Assembly (NCBI GenBank): GCA_028717385.1
Contig: JAQUNW010000002.1
Coordinates: 3,465-67,464 of the forward strand
Length of the DNA: 64,000 bases
Direction of reading: 5' to 3'
Source of the DNA: Dehalococcoidales bacterium
Lineage (GTDB): Bacteria > Chloroflexota > Dehalococcoidia > Dehalococcoidales > CSSed11-197
Shown: positions 47,536-55,860 of the stretch, piece after piece
Layout: every line of letters begins with the position of its first letter
Numbering within the stretch: the stretch's first letter is position 1
Position numbers and translations under genes: made by a program
Notes under the pieces: generated by a model
Told to the model about the DNA's origin: nothing
The model's database searches: none
Seen by the model: only the letters and a program-made list of their open reading frames with translations

Positions 47536-48660
47536 TTATGCTGAATTATTGCTGACTTCAATCGCATTCGTTTCGCTTGCAGATCCTGTTGCCTGCTGAA
47601 CTGCTTTCCTGCTTCGAATGTATCGAACGATTCTGGCTAACGTCGCAGCGATAGGCACTGATATTATAATCCCCCAAATCCCGGCAATGTGTGCGCCCAG
47701 AACCAATAAAAGCAAAACTGCGGCCGGATGGACTCTCATGTAACTGCCCTGCACCCTGGGTACCAGCAAGTTGTTTTCTACAAGCTGAACGCCAATAAAC
47801 AGAAGAACCACAAGTATAGCTTTTTCTGGTGCGGCGCTCAGGGTAACAAGTACAGCAAGGCCCCCTCCTATCCAGGGGCCTATGGTCGGCACCATTTCGG
47901 TTATTCCGGCAAAGAAGGCAAGGGCTGGTGCATACGGTACTCTAAGAATAGACAGCCCAATAAATGACACTATAGCAACAATGCCGCCGAGTACCAGCGT
48001 GGCTTTAATATAACCACCCAGGACCTTATCGATTATTAAAGCGATGTTGCGGATATGCTCGGCTGCCCAATCCGGCAGGAAAGAATAAATATTGTTTTTA
48101 ATTTGACCGTAGTCTTTTATGATGTAAAAAAGAAACAGCGGCAAGGCAGCGAAGCCAAGTAATGCCCCCACTGTGCCTGAAATGAACGAAAAGCCGCCTT
48201 TGGCCAGATTTTCTAATATGCTTTCCATTTGTAAGCCAAGGTTAGCAATAAGTTGTTCTACCTGCGTCTGTAAACCAGGTGGAAGTTGTTGTTGGAAACT
48301 GTCTGCCCATTGTTGGAGTTGGTCCATTATGGTTGAGATATATTCTGGAGCCCTTGAGAAAAGGTCTATGAAAGTCTGGATGACGGTGATGATGATATAT
48401 GAAAGTATCCCCCCAACAATTCCGATAGTGATGATGAATACTATCAGTATAGCTAATATTCGCCTGGCTTTTAACCATTTGTTTTTAGGGGGAAGCTTTC
48501 TTTCCAGCCAGTTAACCCCAGGCAACATCAGATAAGCCAGTATTAAACCGATGACAAAAGGCAATAACACCCCACGCCAAGCCCAGGCAAGGGCTAAGAG
48601 GATTAAGACGGCTGCCATAAACACAATCAGCCGCCAGTTGTTCTTGAGTGCTTCAATCAT
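47536..48660 (-). CDS. AI-2E family transporter (PerM/UPF0118)
   Basis: 374-aa polytopic protein. 'FAGITEMVPTIGPWIGGGLAVLV' is typical of the family. Confidence 0.85.
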   Translation of the reverse strand: MIEALKNNWRLIVFMAAVLILLALAWAWRGVLLPFVIGLILAYLMLPGVNWLERKLPPKNKWLKARRILAILIVFIITIGIVGGILSYIIITVIQTFIDLFSRAPEYISTIMDQLQQWADSFQQQLPPGLQTQVEQLIANLGLQMESILENLAKGGFSFISGTVGALLGFAALPLFLFYIIKDYGQIKNNIYSFLPDWAAEHIRNIALIIDKVLGGYIKATLVLGGIVAIVSFIGLSILRVPYAPALAFFAGITEMVPTIGPWIGGGLAVLVTLSAAPEKAILVVLLFIGVQLVENNLLVPRVQGSYMRVHPAAVLLLLVLGAHIAGIWGIIISVPIAATLARIVRYIRSRKAVQQATGSASETNAIEVSNNSA

Positions 48661-48770
48661 TAGCAGGTCAACTTAATGTTCAAGTCGTAATCCCCCACTG
48701 ATTATTGGCAGGTAAATCCTTTACCTGGGCGTAGCAATAAGGGAGCAGGGGTGTGCGAACCAGCGCAGCT

Positions 48771-49016
48771 TTAGGCTGCCGGTTCGTGTTTTTTCAAAAG
48801 CTTTTCTTCGCCTTTTTGTATTACTTCCTTAGCTTTTTCTTTGCCATGTTCAATGGCTTCAGCTGCTTTGTGTTTAAATTCCCCGGTTTTTTCTTTCAAA
48901 ATATCCCGAGTTTCTTCTCCAGGGCGCGGGGCATAAAGCATGCCAGCCGCCAATCCAATGGCGGCGCCAAGAACGATACCCAGGCCAATTCCAGCGAATG
49001 CATCTTTACTGCTCAT
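48771..49016 (-). CDS. YtxH-domain protein
   Basis: 'GIGLGIVLGAAIGLAAGMLYAPRPGEETRDILKEK' YtxH signature. Confidence 0.75.
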   Translation of the reverse strand: MSSKDAFAGIGLGIVLGAAIGLAAGMLYAPRPGEETRDILKEKTGEFKHKAAEAIEHGKEKAKEVIQKGEEKLLKKHEPAA

Positions 49017-49037
49017 TTGTGTCCTCCTGTTTACTTC

Positions 49038-49325
49038 CTATTTTTTTAATCTGTTGGTAAAAGATTGAATGCCATGACTAAAACCCTGAATTACGCCCGC
49101 CATCTGGGCAAGTGGCCTGGCGATTTCCTGCCTTGAATAGCTGGTAATCACCTGGAGGTCTTCAGCAGCCGTTTCCGCCTTGTTGAGTATACCCTTTGCG
49201 GAAGAAGTGATTTCCTTGACCTTGTTGCTGATAGAGAGCACGACGAAGGCGATGATGATCAGCACAATGATAAAAACAGCACCCCATGCAATTATGACGA
49301 TGTCCCTTATCAGCTCTATATCCAT
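49038..49325 (-). CDS. DUF948-like membrane-anchored protein
   Basis: N-terminal TM plus coiled-coil. ATG 49325 has RBS GGGGGT 9 nt upstream, and the track TTG 49355 is less likely. Confidence 0.6.
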   Translation of the reverse strand: MDIELIRDIVIIAWGAVFIIVLIIIAFVVLSISNKVKEITSSAKGILNKAETAAEDLQVITSYSRQEIARPLAQMAGVIQGFSHGIQSFTNRLKK

Positions 49326-49408
49326 TGAGTATTTACCCCCTTCGGCCAGTTGCAATAATTAATTTAACATACTTCGAGGTTAATATTAAGTCTTTTTGCC
49401 AGTTTTAA

Positions 49409-49714
49409 CTAAAACTTAAGCTTACCTTCCAGTTCCTTGACCTCCTCCTCGCCCTCCTTGTAATACTGTGCCTCATCTGGGGCAAGGTTTTTCAGAAGCC
49501 GGAGAAATTCGCCGGCATGCACTCTTTCTTCGTCCGCTATCTCACGCAGGACTTCGATGGCCAGCTTATTATCGGTTGCCTCTGACAGTTGCATATAAAG
49601 TTGTATTGCCTCATATTCAGCGGCGATCATAAATCGTATTGCTCTGATCAGCTCTGCATCAGTAAGCTTGCGACCGGAAGTCATACCTGAAAAAGCGCTT
49701 CCAAATTCAGGCAT
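49409..49714 (-). CDS. small ferritin-like (rubrerythrin/EncFtn-type ExxH) protein
   Basis: 'IAAEYEAIQLY' and 'IADEERVHAGEF' form paired E..ExxH di-iron-type motifs. I recognise no encapsulin-targeting tail. Confidence 0.55.
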   Translation of the reverse strand: MPEFGSAFSGMTSGRKLTDAELIRAIRFMIAAEYEAIQLYMQLSEATDNKLAIEVLREIADEERVHAGEFLRLLKNLAPDEAQYYKEGEEEVKELEGKLKF

Positions 49715-49827
49715 AATATTCCTCCTTCAATAATTAATAAATACCTGGATTATTCTACCATAGTTTTGCCATGCTTTATCTGTTACAATGGATTTTGGGT
49801 GAATAAATTATAAATTGAGGAGAAAAA

Positions 49828-50388
49828 ATGGCACGCCACCCCATGCTGGAAACTGAAAGACTGTTTCTCAGGCATTTTTTATTGGACGATTGCCGTGATG
49901 TCGTAAGGATGGTAGGGGATCCGGTAATTGCGGCAAATACGCTGCATATTCCCCATCCTTACGAATATGATATGGCAGTAGAATGGATTAAAAGTCACCA
50001 AAATAACTCTGCTATGGGAAATGGGGTTGTTTTTGCGATTACCGATCGGCAAAACGGCGATTTAATTGGCGCAATTGGTTTGGTGATCAATGTTGAAGAT
50101 GAAAAAGCCGAGCTGGGGTACTGGATTGGGAGGGAATACTGGCGTAATGGATACGCCACTGAGGCAGGAAAGGCGGTCTTGGAATATGGTTTTGGGGAGC
50201 TTGGCCTCAACCGTATTTTTGCCAGACACCTCGGTCGCAATCCGGCTTCTGGCAAGGTAATGCAGAAATTGGGAATGAAATACGAGGGATGCTTGCGGCG
50301 CGATGTAAAAAAAGATGCCAAATTCGAAGACCTCGAATTATACGGTCTTTTAAAAGCTGAATATGAAGACCGCCGTTCTGCAGTTTAA
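49828..50388 (+). CDS. GNAT-family N-acetyltransferase (RimJ/RimL-like)
   Basis: 'LETERLFLRHF' and 'ELGYWIGREYWRNGYATEAGKAVLEYGF'. Confidence 0.85.
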   Translation: MARHPMLETERLFLRHFLLDDCRDVVRMVGDPVIAANTLHIPHPYEYDMAVEWIKSHQNNSAMGNGVVFAITDRQNGDLIGAIGLVINVEDEKAELGYWIGREYWRNGYATEAGKAVLEYGFGELGLNRIFARHLGRNPASGKVMQKLGMKYEGCLRRDVKKDAKFEDLELYGLLKAEYEDRRSAV

Positions 50389-50390
50389 TC

Positions 50391-51146
50391 TTATAGATCT
50401 TTATTGCGCAGTATCTTTTGGGCAAAGTAAAGGGATAATACGGTAAGCACTGCGGTTACTGCCAACGCTCCCCAATATTCATCAGGATTGCCAGAAATCA
50501 GGTTGACTCCCCACCCCATTAATTTACCAGGCATATAGTCACCAATAATCGGTATAGCTGAGAGAGCTGCTTGTGAAATCAAAAGGGCGATGGCTGTACC
50601 GCCTGCTGCAAGAGATCTCCTGAAAAGGCTGGAACAAAAAAGCGTAATCGCCAAACAAAACATCAGGAACAATGCCAATAGCAGGTTTAACCCGACATAC
50701 CCCGCCACGGATGCTCCTTCAATAAGTAAAACGGTATAGATGAAACTGACGATTGATGCTGCTGCCAGAGATAGCAGGAAAGTCAGGCTGAGGGCGATCA
50801 TTTTGGCGCCCACAAAAGAAGAACGGCTTACCGGTTTGGAAAGGGTCATTATAGCTGTGCCGCTTTTCATTTCACCAGATATGCTTCCCATACCCAATAA
50901 TACTGCGAGTAATAATCCAACCTGGCCAATTGTACTGGCATATTCAGCCAGGGATTGCACCGCGGTAGGTGGAGGCAGTTCAATTATCATCCCTTCCCCG
51001 GCAAGCTTGAGAATTTCGGGTAAATACTTAAGTAAAAATGGGGTAGAAATCCCGAAGAACAGGAAAATACCAGCTACGATAACCAGTTTATAGGTCCTGA
51101 GCTGGCCGGTCACTTCTTTTTTTAAGAGCGGAATAAATCCCTTCAT
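50391..51146 (-). CDS. ABC-2-type transporter permease
   Basis: Six-TM protein whose start overlaps the upstream ATPase stop by 4 nt. Confidence 0.7.
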   Translation of the reverse strand: MKGFIPLLKKEVTGQLRTYKLVIVAGIFLFFGISTPFLLKYLPEILKLAGEGMIIELPPPTAVQSLAEYASTIGQVGLLLAVLLGMGSISGEMKSGTAIMTLSKPVSRSSFVGAKMIALSLTFLLSLAAASIVSFIYTVLLIEGASVAGYVGLNLLLALFLMFCLAITLFCSSLFRRSLAAGGTAIALLISQAALSAIPIIGDYMPGKLMGWGVNLISGNPDEYWGALAVTAVLTVLSLYFAQKILRNKDL

Positions 51147-52105
51147 TTGGTTTTCTCTTCATTAAGGATTTCCACAAAGATATCTTCCAGGCTGGGCATA
51201 ACAAGTTCATAGCGCGTGAGAGTTAAGCTGGAATCTGAAATCAGCCGCGGCAGTTCGCGCCGGGCATGTTCAACATCGATTGCTTTTACTAATACAACCT
51301 GCGTGCCATTCCGGTTGATTATTTCAGGCTCAGCGAGCCACGGTGCCTCCTGTAAAGTCTTAAGCAAGGGGCTGGGATCTTCGATAAATTCAATTTCGAA
51401 TAAAGAACGGGCGTATTTTTTTTGTAATGATTCGACTGAAGAAATTGTAACCAGTTTCCCCCGGTTTACTATACCTACCATGTCACACACCTTTTCGACT
51501 TCATTTAAATTGTGGGTGGACATGAACACAGTTGCCGTTTGTTTTAAACTTTTAATCAGATCAAGAACCTCGCGCTTCCCAACCGGGTCCAGAGCTGAAG
51601 TTGGCTCATCCATAAAAAGTACTTTTGGCTGGTTTATCAAAGCTTGAGCGATTCCAAGCCGCTGGCGCATGCCGCGGGAATATCCCCCAATACGCCGATT
51701 GCCTTCCCTTGTTAGTTCTACCATGTCAAGCAAATATTCTATGTGTCCTTTGATTTTTTTCTTGTCCAGTTGGTGCAGCTCCCCGGTGAATTGCAGATAT
51801 TCTCTGGCGTTCATCCAATCATAAAAAGCCGGTACGTCAGGTAACAAGCCGATTACCGATTGAAGCGCCAGGTTGTCTGAAGTAATATCCTCTCCTGCAA
51901 CTCGGGCGCTACCCTTTGTCGGATGAGCAAATCCAGTTAAAAGTTTAACCGTGGTGGTTTTTCCGGCGCCGTTTGGACCAAGAAAACCGAATATTACGTT
52001 TTCCGGGACTTCCATGCTTAGCCCATCAAGAGCTTTGACTTCGTTGTAATATTTTGAAAGCCTTTCGGTGCTAATTGCTGTCATCAATTCTGTCCTTTCG
52101 GCCAA
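51143..52105 (-). CDS. ABC transporter ATP-binding protein
   Basis: 'GFLGPNGAGKTT' Walker A, 'YSRGMRQRLGIA' signature and 'LFMDEPTSALD' Walker B. Confidence 0.9.
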   Translation of the reverse strand: MAERTELMTAISTERLSKYYNEVKALDGLSMEVPENVIFGFLGPNGAGKTTTVKLLTGFAHPTKGSARVAGEDITSDNLALQSVIGLLPDVPAFYDWMNAREYLQFTGELHQLDKKKIKGHIEYLLDMVELTREGNRRIGGYSRGMRQRLGIAQALINQPKVLFMDEPTSALDPVGKREVLDLIKSLKQTATVFMSTHNLNEVEKVCDMVGIVNRGKLVTISSVESLQKKYARSLFEIEFIEDPSPLLKTLQEAPWLAEPEIINRNGTQVVLVKAIDVEHARRELPRLISDSSLTLTRYELVMPSLEDIFVEILNEEKTK

Positions 52106-52298
52106 ACAGCAAGTAAATAATCGGGCCGATCAGATTGATAAAAATTATAATAAATACCCATATAATTTTGTTATTGCTGGTGACATGCTCTCTCCTGACA
52201 AGATCGATTATCGCAATCACCATAAGGGTCAGTTGCACCAGTGCCAGTGGGATAAGAAAGGGCAGCATTTCCTTGATAATAGCAAATTCATTCGGCAT
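52071..52298 (-). CDS. PLDc_N-domain small membrane protein
   Basis: 'IIDLVRREHVTSNNKIIWVFIIIFINLIGPIIYLLFGRK'. Confidence 0.7.
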   Translation of the reverse strand: MPNEFAIIKEMLPFLIPLALVQLTLMVIAIIDLVRREHVTSNNKIIWVFIIIFINLIGPIIYLLFGRKDRIDDSN

Positions 52299-52316
52299 GA
52301 AGATTGATTCCTCCGT

Positions 52317-52799
52317 TTAAAAATAGGGTTTTAGTTCGAGATATGTTTCCTTTAACGATGAATTGACCACACCGGTTGAAGCAATAACCGGCATAAAGTT
52401 GGTGTCACCAGCCCAGCGAGGAACGATATGGGTGTGGATATGCTGATCAACCCCGGCTCCTGCAACACGACCCATGTTCATCCCCATATTGAATCCTCCG
52501 GGATTCCAGACGCTGCGGAGGGCGCGGATACATTTTTGTACCAACTGAAAATGTTCCAGCAATTCTTCCGGGCTGAGGTCTTCAAGTAGAGCTGTATGAC
52601 GGAGAGGAGCTACCATCAGATGCCCGGCAATATAGGGATATCGGTTCATAATAACAAAGTTATAATCACCGCGTGCGAGTATCAGGTTCTCTGTATCATC
52701 TTGTTCGTTTGGTTTATCACAAAGAATGCAGCCTTGTTCTTCACCGCTTTTAGCCAGACGTATATATTCTATGCGCCATGGTGACCATAAATGTTCCAT
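52317..52799 (-). CDS. HIT-family nucleotide hydrolase/transferase
   Basis: 'GVDQHIHTHIVPRW' HxHxHxx histidine triad. Confidence 0.85.
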   Translation of the reverse strand: MEHLWSPWRIEYIRLAKSGEEQGCILCDKPNEQDDTENLILARGDYNFVIMNRYPYIAGHLMVAPLRHTALLEDLSPEELLEHFQLVQKCIRALRSVWNPGGFNMGMNMGRVAGAGVDQHIHTHIVPRWAGDTNFMPVIASTGVVNSSLKETYLELKPYF

Positions 52800-52959
52800 T
52801 TTTCACCTCGCTCACATTTTAACGACCGGATTCTGGTGCGTCAACAAGGAGATTCGAAGAGGGGGAATATCAAATATTGTACTGGCGAGTCAGTTTAAAA
52901 CCTCTCGCTTTTAAAAATAAATACTCTTAATATATACTTAACCCTACGGGAGGCGCATC

Positions 52960-55155
52960 GTGGTTGTTCGACAGGCTGGCAGCCTTGAAAGCCTTATTGA
53001 GAAGACATCCAGATATATTCCAGCAGAGAAACTGGAAATGGTAAAACGCGCTTATGAATTTGCCCGGGAAGCCCATCAAGGCCAGGTGCGTGTTTCCGGT
53101 GAGCCGTACCTCATCCATCCTTTACAAGTTGCTTTGATTTTAGCAGATCTGCAGTTTGACTCCAGCGCACTAACCGCTGCCCTTCTTCATGATACTATTG
53201 AAGACTGTGGTGTATCTCTTGAGGGAATAAGAAAAGATTTCGGATTAGAGGTGGCTAATCTTGTAGATGGGACTACCAAGCTGGAAGAATTATCACGCAA
53301 ATCCCCATCTTCGGGTTTAAAAAGCGGCATACAGGCAGAACACCAGGCAGAAAACCTTCGTAAGCTTCTGGTGGCCATGGCAGAAGACCTGCGGGTGGTG
53401 TTTATTAAACTCGCCGATCGATTGCACAACATGCGAACTCTATCTGCTCTTACGGCAGAACAGAAAGAGCGGATAGCCCGCGAGACGTTGGAGATATATG
53501 CTCCACTGGCTCATCGTTTGGGCGTGTGGGAACTGAAGTGGGAACTGGAAGACCTTTCTTTTCGTTACCTGGAACCAGAAAAGTATGCCCACATTTCCAA
53601 GATGGTTAACCTGCGTCGCGCTCAACGGGAAATGCTGATTAACCAGATGGTTGAAGTGCTCAAACGGGAATTTGAAAAAGCAGGAATACAGTGTGAAGTT
53701 ACCGGGCGGCCGAAACACCTGTATTCTATTTACCAGAAAATGAAGAAATATGAGACCCAAGGCAAGCGTTTTGATGATATCCAGGATTTGCTAGCCTTGA
53801 GAGTATTAGTGAATACGGTGCCGGATTGTTATAACGCCATTGGAGTAGTGCATAGCCTCTGGCACCCGATGCCGGGCAATTTTGATGACTATATTGCGAA
53901 TCCTAAAGCCAACGGATACCAATCTTTGCATACTGCTGTTATGGCGATGCGTTCAATTCCCCTTGAGGTACAAATTCGTACTTATGACATGCACCATTTT
54001 GCTGAATATGGAGTTGCTTCACACTGGCGCTATAAAGAAGGTGACAAAGCTGATGAGAAATTTGAAGCAAAACTCGGATGGTTGCGGCAACTTGTTGATT
54101 GGCATCGGGAGCTAACCGGGGCAGAAGAGTTCCTGGAATCAGTCAAGACCGATATTTTTAATGATCAGGTTTTTGTGTTTACTCCCAAGGGTGAAATCAA
54201 AGACCTGCCACAGGGTGCGACTCCGGTTGATTTTGCTTATCGTATTCATACCGATTTGGGGCATCGCTGCATTGGCGCCAAGGTGAACGGCAGGCTGGTA
54301 CCGCTTAATTATCAACTTAAAAATGGGGAAGTGGTTGAAATTGTAGTAGCCAGAAAAGACAAGACCCCTTCTCGTGACTGGCTTAATCCAAACCTTGGTT
54401 ATGTGCGTACCTCGCATGCGCGTGAGAAATTACGTCAGTTTTTCAAACGGCAGGAAAGAGCGGAAAATATTGACCTCGGGCGCAACCTGCTGGAAAAAGA
54501 GTTGCGTCGTTTGGGTTTGAAAGCCGGCAATCGTGAGGAAATTGCCCGTGTTTTCCGTTTTGAAAGCGTTGACGATTTTCTGGCAGCGGTTGGATATGGA
54601 GGTGTTAGCCTTAATCAGATTTCGATGAAGCTTGCCAGTCAGCAGGAGGCCCCAAAACCAATAGTCGAACAGGCTCCGGTTAAACACCCTACCTCAGCTA
54701 TACGTGTTCTGGGTGCGGGGAACATGCTTACCAGCCTTGCCCGTTGTTGCAACCCTGTCCCTGGTGATGCAATTACCGGTTATATAACCCGGAACAAGGG
54801 GGTGACTGTCCATCGCTCCGACTGTCACAATATTGTGCGCCCGGATCTCGAACGGGAAAGACTGGTTGAGGTGGACTGGGGGCAATCTGATAGTCTTTAC
54901 CCTGTACGCTTGAGTTTGGCTGCCTGGGATCGGGTTGGTTTGGTGCGGGATTTTTCCACAGTAGTTGCTGAAGAAAAAATTAACATCACTTCTATGACGG
55001 TAACAGAGACGGAAGAAGATGTTTCTACTATTGATTTTACCCTTTCGACCAGCAGTGTATATCAGCTCAGCCGGTTGATTAACAAGCTGGAAGGAATAAA
55101 AGGAGTAATAAGTATAACCCGTATGGGGGAAGACTCAACTTCACAGGTTTCTTAA
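52960..55155 (+). CDS. relA: bifunctional (p)ppGpp synthetase/hydrolase (RelA/SpoT homologue)
   Basis: HD domain 'HPLQVALILADL...LLHDTIEDC', synthetase 'RPKHLYSIYQKM...GYQSLHT', plus TGS and ACT regions. GTG start. Confidence 0.95.
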   Translation: MVVRQAGSLESLIEKTSRYIPAEKLEMVKRAYEFAREAHQGQVRVSGEPYLIHPLQVALILADLQFDSSALTAALLHDTIEDCGVSLEGIRKDFGLEVANLVDGTTKLEELSRKSPSSGLKSGIQAEHQAENLRKLLVAMAEDLRVVFIKLADRLHNMRTLSALTAEQKERIARETLEIYAPLAHRLGVWELKWELEDLSFRYLEPEKYAHISKMVNLRRAQREMLINQMVEVLKREFEKAGIQCEVTGRPKHLYSIYQKMKKYETQGKRFDDIQDLLALRVLVNTVPDCYNAIGVVHSLWHPMPGNFDDYIANPKANGYQSLHTAVMAMRSIPLEVQIRTYDMHHFAEYGVASHWRYKEGDKADEKFEAKLGWLRQLVDWHRELTGAEEFLESVKTDIFNDQVFVFTPKGEIKDLPQGATPVDFAYRIHTDLGHRCIGAKVNGRLVPLNYQLKNGEVVEIVVARKDKTPSRDWLNPNLGYVRTSHAREKLRQFFKRQERAENIDLGRNLLEKELRRLGLKAGNREEIARVFRFESVDDFLAAVGYGGVSLNQISMKLASQQEAPKPIVEQAPVKHPTSAIRVLGAGNMLTSLARCCNPVPGDAITGYITRNKGVTVHRSDCHNIVRPDLERERLVEVDWGQSDSLYPVRLSLAAWDRVGLVRDFSTVVAEEKINITSMTVTETEEDVSTIDFTLSTSSVYQLSRLINKLEGIKGVISITRMGEDSTSQVS

Positions 55156-55202
55156 ACTGTAGTATAATAACCAGTTGTTGTTTCAATTTAGGAGGAAGTC
55201 AC

Positions 55203-55466
55203 TTGGCAAATACCAGTTCTGCAAAGAAAAAGATTCGCGCTGATGAAGCTAAACGGGAAAGGAATAAAGCAGTTCGCTCAAAAACCCGAACTCTGGTAAC
55301 CCACGCCCGAAAAGCTATAGAAGCTGGACCAGACAAAGCGAATGAGCAGGTAGCCACAGCTGTAAGTGCGCTGGATAAAGCAGCCGCAAAAGGTATAATT
55401 CATCCCAACAATGCGGCAAGGCACAAGTCAAGGCTGGAACAAAAACTAAACAAATCCCAGGCATAA
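55203..55466 (+). CDS. rpsT: 30S ribosomal protein S20
   Basis: 'MANTSSAKKKIRADEAKRERNKAVRSKTRT' is a typical S20 sequence. TTG start with RBS AGGAGG. Confidence 0.9.
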   Translation: MANTSSAKKKIRADEAKRERNKAVRSKTRTLVTHARKAIEAGPDKANEQVATAVSALDKAAAKGIIHPNNAARHKSRLEQKLNKSQA

Positions 55467-55553
55467 CAGGCCGGACATTAAGAAAGATAAAACGGCATCC
55501 CGCTGGTGCCTTTGTTTTTGTGGGAGCCGTTGTCCTTTTTTAAGTAAAAGCTG

Positions 55554-55811
55554 TTATGCGAGATTCACCTGGATAGCGCCCTCTCCTCCATGGAATTTAT
55601 CAGCGCTGTAAAAAGATCTTACCAGGCAGTGCCTGGAAAGCAGTCTGGAAACTTCAAGTTTTAATACCCCTGTACCCTTCCCGTGGATTATCCATACCCT
55701 TTCATGGCCTGCCTGGTAAGCTGCGTACAAAAAATCGTCAACTTTTGGGAGGGCTTCTTCTACTATGTTCCCGTGCAGATCCAGCTGGTTACCAATTTCA
55801 GGCTTTTTCAT
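55554..55811 (-). CDS. Smr-domain protein
   Basis: 'LDLHGNIVEEA...VWIIHGKGTGVLK'. Confidence 0.8.
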   Translation of the reverse strand: MKKPEIGNQLDLHGNIVEEALPKVDDFLYAAYQAGHERVWIIHGKGTGVLKLEVSRLLSRHCLVRSFYSADKFHGGEGAIQVNLA

Positions 55812-55860
55812 TATTTTTTTTAAACCATTAAATATCTTATGAAAAACAGCTTTACTCTAA

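Noticed and set aside
48755-48800. Hairpin CGAACC..GCAGC/GCTGC..GGTTCG followed by a T-run on the plus strand.
   Set aside because: It lies within the 3' coding end of the minus-strand YtxH gene. No plus-strand transcript needs terminating there, and on the minus strand no U-run follows. It is probably incidental.
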